Source of the DNA: Cyanophora paradoxa CCMP329
Taxonomy: Eukaryota; Plantae; Glaucophyta
Length of the DNA: 64,000 nucleotides
NCBI GenBank assembly: GCA_004431415.1
Contig: QPMI01000233.1
Coordinates: 62,001-126,000 of the forward strand
Direction: 5' to 3'
Numbering within the stretch: the first letter of the stretch is position 1; every line of letters begins with the position of its first letter. Both the position numbers and the translations under genes were made by a program. The notes below the pieces were generated by a model that was not told the DNA's origin, searched no databases, and saw nothing but the letters and a program-made list of their open reading frames with translations. Shown piece after piece: positions 24,310 to 35,664 of the stretch.

Positions 24310-26743
24310 ATGGGAAACTCGCAGCTCGAGCCTTCTTCGGCTCGCGCCCGTTGGGCGGACATGCGCGCTTGTTCGCTCATGATCGCAGATCGAATCCGCA
24401 GACGAATACGCGTACGTTCTCTCCCCGATCGAGCCTTCGAAATTCGAGTTCGCTGGCGCGCGGGGCCCGGGGCTGACCCCCACGCGCGCGCGGACGCGCA
24501 GCGCTATCCCCGCGGGTCGACGTCATCGAATCGCATCTGCAAAAACCGATAGATCTGGAGGTACTGGTTACGCAAGACGTTGTCGTGCTCGGCGACTGCA
24601 GACCGGTTCCGACGGGGATCACGACCATTCGAGGTGCTTTAGATCTCTCATATGCGCGATCACATGCGTGTTCTGCGCGCGTGCACGTGGCATCCCCGCG
24701 CGCTCTCACCAAACGGCACGCATACGCACGGCAGGACCGGCGTACGTGGCGGCGCTTATGACAGTTAACGGGAAGTGGCGAGAGGCGCTGCTTCGCACGG
24801 CAATGCTCGCCCTCCGCACCGAGGGCCTGTCGGCAGCAGAGCTCGATCTGTACTTCTACTGGAGGCAGCCGCAGCGGCAGTACTTCTCGCTCGTGGGCGA
24901 CCGCACGCGCATACCGACCATCGACGACGGGTTCTTTTACGTCGCGAGGAGGGGCGGCGCCTGGCCGCGAAAGGAGGACTCGCCTTTTCTGCGGGAGCAA
25001 CTGCAGGCGGCGACGGCCGCGGCGGCCGTGGCTTCGCCCTCTGCCGACATCGTCACAGCTGTAAACGCTGCCGCCGCCGCAGCGGCGCAGGCGGTCCTTG
25101 CGGCGAGCAGTATGCAGCCGATCGCGAATTCGGAGCAGCGCAAGACGGAACGGCAAGAGGTGGACGCCGATCGCGAGCTCGAGGTCGATCTCGATTCTAC
25201 AGCCGCCGCTTACGAGGAACCAGGCCAGCTGCAGGTGCTGGCCACTGTTCTTCATGAGCGTCGATCGCGAAATCCATGGGCCAATCGCAGTTTCGCGCAG
25301 CCAACTGTTGCCGCGGACATCGAACTGCAGCCGGGGGACAGCCTCGCGGCCGCTGTGGCGCAGGCCGCTCCGGGGCAGACGATCCGCCTCGCTCCCGGCC
25401 AGTGCGCCGCCCCGGCCCTTCGCGCCTAGGGCCTGCTCGTCAACCCTAGGCCTAGGCCTGGATCGCAAGCTCGAGCTTCAAGCCGACCCGCCATCGCCCT
25501 CGCAGATACAAAGTCGAGGAGACCGTGGTGCTTGACAAGGACGTGCACATTGTCGGGCCGCGCGAGCTCGAGGCCGTTCTGGAGGCGTCGGGAGAACAGC
25601 GCACCGTGCTGATGTGCAAGGGGCCCGCGGCCCCCAGCATCCGGGGCATAACGATCCAGCACGCGGGGATATCCAGATACGGGAGCGACCGCGCCCTGTG
25701 GATCACAGACGGAAGCCGCGCTGTCGTGAAGGGCTGCGTGCTGTCTGTCGCGCCCGCGGGCCTTTGCGGCATCCACATTTCCGGCGAAACGACGGCCCCT
25801 ACGCTGCGCGGTGGGCGCCCTCGCCTCGCCCTCGCCCTCGCCCTCCGCGTGGCAAGCTAATTAAATATTCGCGTGCCAGGGAACGCGGTGCACAGCTGCG
25901 GCAGAATCGGGATTTTCTTCGGCGATTCGGCGGCGGGGGTCGCGGAGGGCAACTTCGTCTACGGGAACAAGCTTAAAGGCGCGGGCATCCTGATCAGGGA
26001 TGGCGCGGACCCCGTCGTGCGAGGCAACAGCGTGTACGACGGCAATGGCGCCGGCATCATGGTGCGCGGGGGCGCGAAGGGCACCATCGACGGCAACGAC
26101 GTCCACGGCAACAAGGGCACGGGCATCGTGATCGAGGATTCCAAGGGCACAGTCGTGAGGGGCAACACGGTCCACGGCAACGGCGATGTTGGCATCCTCG
26201 TCTTCAAAAAGCCCGAGGGGCCGGAGGGGCAGAGCACAGTGGAGGGAAACGAAGTGTACGGCAATGCGGACGCTGGAATCGTCATCAGCGACGGCGGGGA
26301 CGCCATCGTGAAGGAAAACCGGTGCGCGTTCGCTTCATATAATTCCCTATCTATTCGCATCCTTTTCTATCCATATCTCTTGGTCTAGATCTAATTATAA
26401 ATTACAAAATATAAATAATTTTGTTTTGGTGAATTACCGGCCACAGCCTCTAGTCTACTCCAGCACTGTGGGGGCGTATACAGCAAAATAAGCTTAGATA
26501 TATGTATATATATAATCATGACTTTCGAAAATTATTAAACAGACGTGCATTCTTCTAAGTAGCTAATTACAACGTTAAATGCCTGATGCATCTGCCCGTT
26601 CTCGCAGGATCCACAGCCAGAGGAAGGGGATCTGGGTGCACTCGGGCGGCAAGGCTACCATCACGGGCAACGTGCACGCGCCGCATCGGCTCTCCCCCGG
26701 GCCCGAGGTGGCCGTCACCATCGAGGACTGCCGGGACTTGTGA
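24310..26743 (+). CDS. Right-handed parallel beta-helix (PbH1/NosD/FBXO11-like repeat) protein, copy 1, apparently intact; start codon uncertain
   Basis: LAAAVAQAAPGQTIRLAPG..YKVEETVVLDKDVHIVG is followed by GNxVxGNxxxGI repeats (GNFVYGNKLKGAGI, GNSVYDGNGAGI, GNDVHGNKGTGI, GNTVHGNGDVGI, GNEVYGNADAGI). The last exon ends EDCRDL* at 26741-26743. Confidence 0.8.
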
Positions 26744-26754
26744 CTCCTGTGAAG

Positions 26755-26930
26755 TCATGCTCGGACCGCCTCGGGCAGGTGGGCCGATCCCGCCGGGTCT
26801 CGCAAATATCGATATTGATGGAGAGCCACGGCCCGCGCTGCGAGCTCGAGCTGAGCGGCGCCGACGCGGCAGGTGATGGCGTACCGCCTTCACGAGCCCG
26901 AGCCCGAGCCTCGAGGCCCCCGGAGCCTCC
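26755..26930 (+). pseudogene. Orphan duplicate of the last 1.5 exons of the NACHT-WD40 gene
   Basis: CSDRLGQ|intron|VMAYRLHEPEPE repeats 22745-22900, without upstream exons and without the TAG. Confidence 0.85.
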
Positions 26931-27988
26931 ATCTAGAATGCAGTGCTTAGCTCGGCCCCGGAATCGTTTGTTTTCTAGACAGTATACGTACTTGGATCAG
27001 CGGCTTCTTTGAACCAATTTTTGGCCTCAATCGTAACGTCAATGGGGTCTCTAGCTCCTCCCGATATTACGCGCTAGCTTGCAATTGTTCTCCGCTCCTT
27101 CTCCCCGAACGTTCTCCTCGATCTAGATTTCCTCTCCTCGAGCCCGCTTTTCGAAAGGAGGATTCTCTATATATCCCTTTCGAATTTTTAATTCTTCTCC
27201 TCTCTTAAGCTTCCTCTAGATCTAGATCTCTTCCTTCAAGGCTTTCGAAATTCCGATCCTCCCTCTCGCCCTCTTCCTCTCTAGATCTGCCCCTCTCGAT
27301 ATTGATCGAGAGGGCTCGGAGAGATCCCCTTAAATTCTCCCACCCACTGCGCACGCCGAGCTCCTAACTATGAGAAAGTCGAGACTTGAGAACAAAATTG
27401 AAGCGAGAATAAATTAATGTACCCCCAAAACGTTCTTCAGCCCGCGGCCGGCGCCGGCTCTCTGCCAGCCGGCCGGCGCCCCTCTCGATACAATCGAGAA
27501 GCGCGGAGAGCTTCTATAGCTATAGCTAGGCTCTCTGCCGGCGCCCCATATCGATCGAGAGGCGCGGCCGGAGATCCCCTTTTCAATATGAAATTTCCTC
27601 TCCGAGGCTCTGGATCTACATCTTTCCTCTGGATCCCCCTTCTCGATGCTTCCATCCTGTCCTCTAGCTGTGGGCTTTTCGATTATCGATAGCTTCGTGC
27701 ACGTGGCGCAGATCTAGAATGCATATGGTCATCAGCGACGCGTTTGCGTCGATCCTTGCGTCCGCAGTGCAGCCGGTACGTCCTCTCAGCGCATACAGAG
27801 CACGCGCGCGCCTCATATATGCATGATCAACGGCGCGCGCGCGCGCATGTCGTGCACGTGCGCAGGCCTGCGGAGTTGATGCAGCGGCTCATGGAGCGCT
27901 GGCCATGAGTGCCTGCGCACTCGCAGTTTCCGCCACGCGCAACTCACGAGCCTCTGCGACGTCGCCGACACCGCACGGCGGCGATGGC

Positions 27989-30531
27989 AATGGCAAATTC
28001 AGAGCTCGAGCCTTCTTCGGCTCGCGCCCGCTGCAGCTGGGCGCTCATGCACGCTCGCTCGCTCATGATCGCAGATCGTTTTCGCAGACGAATACGCGTA
28101 CGTTCTCTTTCTTATCGAGCCTTCGAAATTCGAATTAGCTGGCGCGCGGCCGCGAAGGCTGACTCCCGCGCGCGGACGCGCAGCGCTATCCCCGCGGGTC
28201 ATCGAATCGCATCTGCAAAAACCGATAGATCTGGAGGTACTGGTTACGCAAGACGTTGTCGTGCTCGGCGACTGCAGACCGGTTCCGACGGGGATCACGA
28301 CCATTCGAGGTGCTTTAGATCTCTCATATGCGCGATCACATGCGTGTTCTGCGCGCGTGCACGTGGCATCCCCGCGCGCTCTCACCAAACGGCACGCATA
28401 CGCACGGCAGGACCGGCGTACGTGGCGGCGCTTATGACAGTTAACGGGAAGTGGCGAGAGGCGCTGCTTCGCACGGCAATGCTCGCCCTCCGCACCGAGG
28501 GCCTGTCGGCAGCAGAGCTCGATCTGTACTTCTACTGGAGGCAGCCGCAGCGGCAGTACTTCTCGCTCGTGGGCGACCGCACGCGCATACCGACCATCGA
28601 CGACGGGTTCTTTTACGTCGCGAGGAGGGGCGGCGCCTGGCCGCGAAAGGAGGACTCGCCTTTTCTGCGGGAGCAACTGCAGGCGGCGACGGCCGCGGCG
28701 GCCGCGGCTTCCCCCTCTGCCGACATCGATATCGTCACAGCCGTAAACGTTGCCGCCGCCGCGGCGCAGGCGGTCGTTGCGGCGAGCAGCATGCAGCCGA
28801 ATTCGGAGCAGCGCAAGACGGATCCGGAACGGCAAGAGGTGGACGCCGATCGCGAGCTCGAGGTCGATCTCGATTCTGCAGCTGCCGCTTACGAGCAACC
28901 AGCTGCAGGCCAGCTGCAGGTGCTGGCCACTGTTCTTCATGAGCGTCGATCGCGAAATCCATGGGCCAATCGCAGTTTCGCGCAGCCAACTGTTGCCGCG
29001 GACATCGAACTGCAGCCGGGGGACAGCCTCGCGGCCGCTGTGGCGCAGGCCGCTCCGGGGCAGACGATCCGCCTCGCTCCCGGCCAGTGCGCCGCCCCGG
29101 CCCTTCGCGCCTAGGGCCTGCTCGTCAACCCTAGGCCTAGGCCTGGATCGCGAGCTCGAGCTTCAAGCCGACCCGCCATCGCCCTCGCAGATACAAAGTC
29201 GAGGAGACCGTGGTGCTTGACAAGGACGTGCACATTGTCGGGCCGCGCGAGCTCGAGGCCGTTCTGGAGGCGTCGGGAGAACAGCGCACCGTGCTGATGA
29301 GCAAGGGGCCCGCGGCCCCCAGCATCCGGGGCATAACGATCCAGCACGCGGGGATATCCAGATACGGGAGCGACCGCGCCCTGTGGATCACAGACGGAAG
29401 CCGCGCTGTCGTGAAGGGCTGCGTGCTCTCTGTCGCGCCCGCGGGCCTTTGCGGCATCCACATTTCCGGCGAAACGACGGCCCCTACGCTGCGCGGTGGG
29501 CGCCCTCGCCTCGCCCTCGCCCTCGCCCTCCGCGTGGCAAGCTAATTAAATATTCGCGTGCCAGGGAACGCGGTGCACAGCTGCGGCAGAATCGGGATTT
29601 TCTTCGGCGATTCGGCGGCGGGGGTCGCGGAGGGCAACTTCGTCTACGGGAACAAGCTTAAAGGCGCGGGCATCCTGATCAGGGATGGCGCGGACCCCGT
29701 CGTGCGAGGCAACAGCGTGTACGACGGCAATGGCGCCGGCATCATGGTGCGCGGGGGCGCGAAGGGCACCATCGACGGCAACGACGTCCACGGCAACAAG
29801 GGCACGGGCATCGTGATCGAGGATTCCAAGGGCACAGTCGTGAGGGGCAACACGGTCCACCAACGGCGATGCTGGCATCCTCGTCTCCAAGGAGCCCCAG
29901 GGGCACAAGGGGCAGAGCACATGTACAGTGGAGGGGAACGAAGTCTACGGCAATGCGGACGCTGGAATCGTCATCAGCGACGGAGGGGACGCCGTCGTGA
30001 AGGGAAACCGGTGCTCATTCGAAATTCGCTTCGTCTAATTCCCTATCTATCCGGATCCCTTTCTATCCAGGCCATATATATATCCCTTGGTCTTATTATA
30101 ATTATATTTATTTTGCTTTTTTGTCTTTATGCCCCCTGGGCAGCCCCCGCAGTGCTGGTGTCTAGATCTAGAGACTGTGGCCGGTAATTCACCAAAAAAA
30201 ATTTAATTATAAATTACAGAATAAGTCTAAATTTAGAACTAGCTATATAGATAGAAGTCTGACTTTCAATAAGCCGGCGCCAATGTGCATTCTTTTGACT
30301 AGCTAACGTAATCATGATCATAACGTTAGCATGCATATGCCTGATGCATCTGCCCGTTCTCGCAGGATCCACAGCCAGAAGAAAGGGATCTGGGTGCACT
30401 CGGGCGGCAAGGCTGCTATCACAGACAACCTGCACGCGCGGGACCCGACCGGCTCCGCCCCCACCATCACCATCGAGGACTGCCCGGACTTCCGCGCCGA
30501 TCGCGATCGCGATCGAAACACCGTCCTGTGA
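27989..30531 (+). pseudogene. Beta-helix protein copy 2, frameshifted
   Basis: Paralogous to 24310-26743, but with a 2-nt deletion at ~29860 (GTCCAC--CAACGGC versus GTCCACGGCAACGGC) that shifts the frame of the last repeats. A sequencing error is not excluded. Confidence 0.7.
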
Positions 30532-31534
30532 AGACAATTCGAAGGAAATTCCACAATATGCATGTATGAATCATTGAATTTAATTCGAGGCTGCCATTGG
30601 CTCGGACAGTTTGCTTCAGACGGCCGCGGGCCGCGGACTTTAATCTATTCCTAGATCTAGGCTTTCGCTGCAGATTTAGATTCAATGAATTCAGTACCAG
30701 TCGTAGTTTCGTTTCAGATTCAGCCTGAGGGCAGGATAGCCTAATTGCATTGCCCCGTGCAGCAATGATCACTGAATAAACTTAAAGCCGAGACCTAGGC
30801 ATAGGAAGGTGTCGTTTAATTAATTTCGCGCCGCGACGTCGACGTCGACGTCTAGCTATAGGGGCCGCCGCGGGGGCCCACTCGCAAGCTTACTAAGTTA
30901 AGGAGTGGCAGGAGGGCGTCATGATCAAGGGATTCAATATCGGATCCGTGGGAGCCGGCCTCCAGCGGCACTGCGGCCGCCGCGCGGCGCCAGCTGCAGG
31001 CAGCTGCAGATCTAGAGTCCAGTTCGGTCGACGTCAACGTCAACTTAACGTTGGGGAGTGCACCGCGGCCGGCAGCTGCAGGTAGTCGATCGCGACTTCA
31101 ACCTCAATGTCACTGAGAACCGCGCGCTGGCGCCGGGCTGGGGTCTCAGAGAACCGCTCAGCGGCTCTTGATCATGAGGCGCCCGCGGCCGCGGCGCCCG
31201 GCGCCGGCGCCGGCGAGCTCGAGCACGCCGCGCGGCGCTCGAGGCGTTCCGAGCAAGATGTGCGCTGCCGCATCGCAGCGCATGCGCAGCTGCCAGCTGC
31301 AGCAGCGCGGCTCGTACGTCGTGCACCGGCCGATCAAATTGATGTGCCGGGTACACCGCGTCGGGCGGGGGGAACTTTCGACCGGCAAAAAAACTCGCAG
31401 ATCGATGTGGCGCGTTCCCTTCACTCGCGCGCGGGAGGCTCAGCGTTGCGGGAGAGAGCCGTTGCGCCCGCAGCCGCAGCGCAGCCAGAGCGGCGACGGC
31501 GCTCCCGACCCTAGCACAGCCAGAGCACGCGGCG

Positions 31535-34500
31535 ATGGCGCGTCCGACGGAGATCTTCGTCAACGGAATCGACGACGCGTCTGATCTCCGTTGCCCCGTC
31601 TGCCTCGCTGTGGCCGCGTGCCCGGTGCAGCTGGACTGCCAAGGGAAGCACTGTCTGTGTAGGAGCTGCCATGACAAGTTGTTCCCAGCAGATCGGAAGA
31701 CCGCGAAGTGTCCAATGTTCGTTCTCCCCTCCCACAGCGTTCGCTGTCGTGCTCACGCGCCCTTGCAGGTGCCGCGGCTTGATACGCAAGCGGAACACGA
31801 AGCACAACGCGGCGGTGGACCGCGAAATCCTTGAGCAGATCACCTTGTGCGCCCGCTGCAGTTATGCCGCCGCGTACCGCGTTCGCTGATCGCTCGCGGT
31901 CGCAGCTGCCCTCACAAGGACCAGGGATGCGACTGGCAGGGCCCGCTCATCCAACGCGACGAGCACGGGCAGGGCTGTCCCGCCATCCACGGCCCCTGCC
32001 GCGGGTGCGGAGCGAGCGTGCTGAAGACGGCCCTCTCGGTTCGACTTGCGTACGTGTACATCGGCCTCGCCGTTTCCTTGAGCTTTGTTCGCTCTAGGTG
32101 CACGAGGCGGTCTGCGATCGTGTCCCGCGGCTCTGCACGGATGGCTGCGGCGCCCTCGTCGCGGACTGGGACCGTCCGGCCCACGCAGGTGCGCCTTCCC
32201 CGCCCGCTGCCGCTGAGATCCGTCTCCGCGCCCGCTCAAGCATCGATCTGCGCAGGGGACTGCGTCAAGCGCCTGGCGCAGCTGCTGAGTGGCGCGGTGC
32301 TGAAGGTCAAGCAGCAGGAGGAGGCGATCGCCCGTGCGGAGAAGGGGACGGCGAGCCTGCGTGACCGCCTGGCGGCAGCGAAGCGGGCGGCGGAGCAGGC
32401 GCGACGCGAGCGAGCGTCGCTCGAGGTGCAGCACGCGACCGCCGTGCGCGCGGGGGCGGACGCCGTCACCGCTATGAGAAGGAGCGTCGAAGTTCGCCCC
32501 GTGCCCGCCGATTGGGACCTGAGCGGCGCTGAGCGGCAGCGCAGGCAGTGGAGTCGAGGCTTGCGGCAGCTGAGAAGGCGGCGAAGAGTGCGGCGGAGCT
32601 GGCGCGCGTCCAGCAGGCCTCGATCGAGGCGAAGCTTGCGGGGGCGGAGGCGCTGCGCAAGGCTGACGTCGCGCGTCTGGAGGGCGAGCTCAAGGCGGCC
32701 GCTTCGTCGGAGGCGGCGGCGAGGAGGCAGGCGGCCGCAGCGGAGCTGAACGCAGCGGCAGCAGTGTGGTCGGCGGAGGAGGCGCGCGGCCTGCGACAGG
32801 CGGCCCACCAGCGGGCAACCGCGGCGGAAACGAGAGCGACGACAGCGGAGCGGGCGGCAGCGGAGGCGCACGGGCTGCGGGCTGCCGCCGATCAGCGGGC
32901 AGCCGCAGCCCAGCGGAAGGCGGTGGCGGCTGAGCTGGCGGCGGAGGAGGCGCGTGGGCTGCGGGCGGCCGCCGAGCAGCGGGCCGCCGCGGCCGAGACC
33001 AAGGCGGCGGCATTGGAGCGGGCGGCGGAGGAGGCGCACGGGCTGCGGGCGGCGGCCGAGCAGCGAGCCACCGCAGCGGAAACGAAAGCGACGACGTTTA
33101 AGCGGGCGGCGGCGGAGACGCACATGCTGCGGGCGGCGGCCGATCAGCGGGCAGCCGCAGCCGAGCAGCGGGCCACCGCTGCCGAGACCAAGGCGGCGGC
33201 ATCGGAGCGGGTGGCGGCGGAGGCGTGCGGGCTGCGGGCGGCCGCCGAGCAGCGGGCCACCGCTGCTGAGACGAAGGCGGTGGAATCGGAACGGGCGGCG
33301 GAGGAGGCGCGCGGGCTGCGGGCGGCCGCTGAGCAGCGGGTCACGGCGGCTGAGCGGGCGGCGGCGGAGGCGCGCGAGCAGAAGGCGGCCGCCGAGCAGC
33401 GGCTCACCGCGGCTGAGACCAAGGCGGTGGCATCGGAGCGGGCGGCGGAGGAGGCGCGCGGGCTGCGGGCGGCCGCCGAGCAGCGGGCCACCGCTGCTGA
33501 GACGAAGGCGGTGGCATCAGAACGGGCGGCGGCGGAGGCGCGCGGGCTGCGGTCGGCCGCTGAGCAGCGGGTCACGGCGGCTGAGCGGGCGGCGGCGGAG
33601 GCGCGCGGGCTGCGGGCGGCCGCTGAGCAGCGGGTCACGGCGGCTGAGCGGGCGGCGGCGGAGGCGCGCGGGCTGCGGGCGGCCGCCGAGCAGCGAGCCA
33701 CCGCTGCCGAAACCAAGGCGGCGACATCGGAGCGGGCGGCGGATGAGGCGCACAGGTTGCGGGCGGCCGCCAAGCAACTGGTCACGGCGGCTGAAGCCAA
33801 GGCGGTGGCATCGGAGCGGGCGGCGGAGGAGGCGCGCACGCTGCAGGCGGCCGCCGAGCAGCGGGCCACCACAGCCGAAACGAAGGCGGTGGCATCGGAG
33901 CGGGCGGCGGAGGAGGCGCGCGGGCCGCGGGCGGCCGCCGAGCAGCGGGCCACCGCTGCCGAGGCGAAGGCGGTGGCATCGGAGCGGGCGGCGGCGGAGG
34001 CGCGCGGGCTGCGGACGGCCGCCGAGCAGCGGGCCACCGCTGCTGAGACTAAGGCGGTGGCATCGGAGCGGGCGGCGGGGGAGGCGCGCACGCTGCAGGC
34101 GGCCGCCGAGCAGCGGGCCACCACAGCCGAAACGAAGGCGGTGGCATCGGAGCGGGTGGCGGCGGAGGCGCGCGGGCTGCGGGCGGCGGCCGACGAAAGG
34201 GCAGCCGCAGCCGAACGGAAGGCGGCGGCATCTGTGCAGGCGGCGGCCGCGGCGGAGCTGAAGGCGGCGGCGGCTCAGCTCGCGGCTGAGGAGGCCCGTA
34301 GGGGCGCTGCCATCTCGGTGCGGGACCCTTCCTGCGCTTTCCCCGTACGCCCGGCTGACGCATGTATTCTCGTAGGAGTGCCGGCCCTCGCCGTCCTCGG
34401 GCTCGGCGGGCGTCGGCGCCAAGCGGCGGCGCGAGGAGACGGAGGCCGGCGCCGGCGCGAGGAGACGGAGGCCGGCGCCGGCGAGGCGCCCGCGGCCGGC

Positions 34501-34596
34501 CGCGCGGGCCGCGCGGGCCGCGTGGCGCGCGCGCTCGCGGTCGGAGGCTACTTGGCTGTGGGGGCGTGCGCAATAGCGCCCCTCTACATCTTCTAG
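31535..34596 (+). CDS. RING finger + TRAF-type zinc fingers + long Ala/Glu/Arg coiled coil (putative E3 ubiquitin ligase)
   Basis: RING: CPVC..LDCQGKHCLCRSC..KCPM|CR. TRAF-type fingers: CPHKDQGCDWQG..EHGQGC..PCRGCG..HEAVC..LCTDGCG. These are followed by ~550 aa of heptad-like repeats. The 3' end is ambiguous (34576 or 34596, see findings). Confidence 0.85.
32770..34300 (+). repeat. Coding minisatellite: 84-bp (28 aa) and 63-bp (21 aa) units encoding coiled coil
   Basis: AAEEARGLRAAAEQRATAAETKAVASER and the shorter AAAEARGLRAAAEQRVTAAER, roughly 18-19 units; both lengths are multiples of 7 aa. Confidence 0.92.
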
Positions 34597-35007
34597 AACT
34601 AGGTCTAGGTATCCGAATCGGACTCCATCTCATCTTAAAGCTAGCGCTTCCGCTAGGCTTGAATCGAATCGAATCGTTTGCGAATGTTCTTCAGTCTGTC
34701 TAATCCCCGGCTTGGCCCGTTCGAATCGCCAGCTCGCAGCCCTCTAGACTAGACCTCGAGCTTCAAGAGCTTCTCCTGCCCGCGGCCGCGGAGGCCTCCG
34801 CACGAACTCTCAAGCAGTTCTCGTGTGAGTTGTTCGAATTCGTGCGTACATCTAGGCTTGACACCATTGAACTCTCAAAGATATACGCACGAACAACTCA
34901 CACGAGAACTGAACTAAGTACACCCGCAGAGCTAGCGAGCAAGCTTAAGCATGTGTGTAGCTATAGCAGCTGCAGCTGCAGGGCGCAGGCGGAAAGAGCT
35001 TCGCGGC

Positions 35008-35365
35008 TCAGCCGCTGAGCCTGGGATGAGCTGCTTCTCCTCGTTCCGCTGCACGATCTGGCGCGGCGCGTGAGGCGGGGCGGGGCGGGCGGGGCGGGGC
35101 GGGGCGGGGCGGGCGGGGCACCTCGCCGGGGGCGATGTCGCGGGTGGCGAAGGAGCCGCCGCCGAGGGCGGGGTCGGCGTGCGGGGCGAAGGCCCGGGGA
35201 TCCAGGCCTAGGAACGCGCGCGTGTGAGCCTCGAGACGGCGGAGCTGGAAGTCGAAACCGGCCTGCGAGTCGCAGCTTAGCGGGCAGCAGGAGAGCAGAC
35301 GCACTGCGGCAGGGCCCTGAGGGGCCGGGCCGGAACATGTACGGGCGCTCGGGGCCGCGGCGCCT
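35008..35365 (-). pseudogene. Probable SET-domain gene remnant
   Basis: GGGSFATRDIAPGE|IVQRNEEKQLIP is joined across a GT-AG intron (35058-35121) and matches the SET N-terminal motif GxGxFAxxDIxxGExI. A stop follows within ~17 codons and no NHSC/ELxxDY motif is seen. Confidence 0.5.
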
Positions 35366-35664
35366 GCGAGGCAGGGGGGCGGGCCGGAGCTTCCGGCAAG
35401 CTGCGAGCTAGCAAGCGACTGCGCTGCGAGTGGGGCAGATCAGCAGGTTAGAGGCGACTCGGTCAGCCGGTGATCCGGATCAATACGGGTTGCGCGCTGG
35501 TGCCGTGGCCAGCGCCAGCGCCAGCTTCCGAAGCCGCGCCCGTCGGAGCGTCTTCTGCGGATGAAAGGCCTCGAGCCGCCGCCCGCCCGTTGAGCTATCT
35601 ATACGTACCCCCCCAGACCGGCAGCCAGCCTCGATGCCCCGGCCCCAGCGGTTCTAGCAGAGCG

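Larger units (their letters stand above)
22747..30533 (+). repeat. Tandem segmental duplication: unit 1 ~22747-26754, unit 2 ~26755-30533
   Basis: Both units begin TGCTCGGACCGCCTCGGGCAGGTGGG and end TCCTGTGAAG. Long identical blocks include 24525-25020 = 28201-28696. Confidence 0.93.

Noticed and set aside
30852-31043. F-box-like words (IESLDHDALLPLLNLVS) on the minus strand
   Set aside because: Too short and degenerate to support a call.
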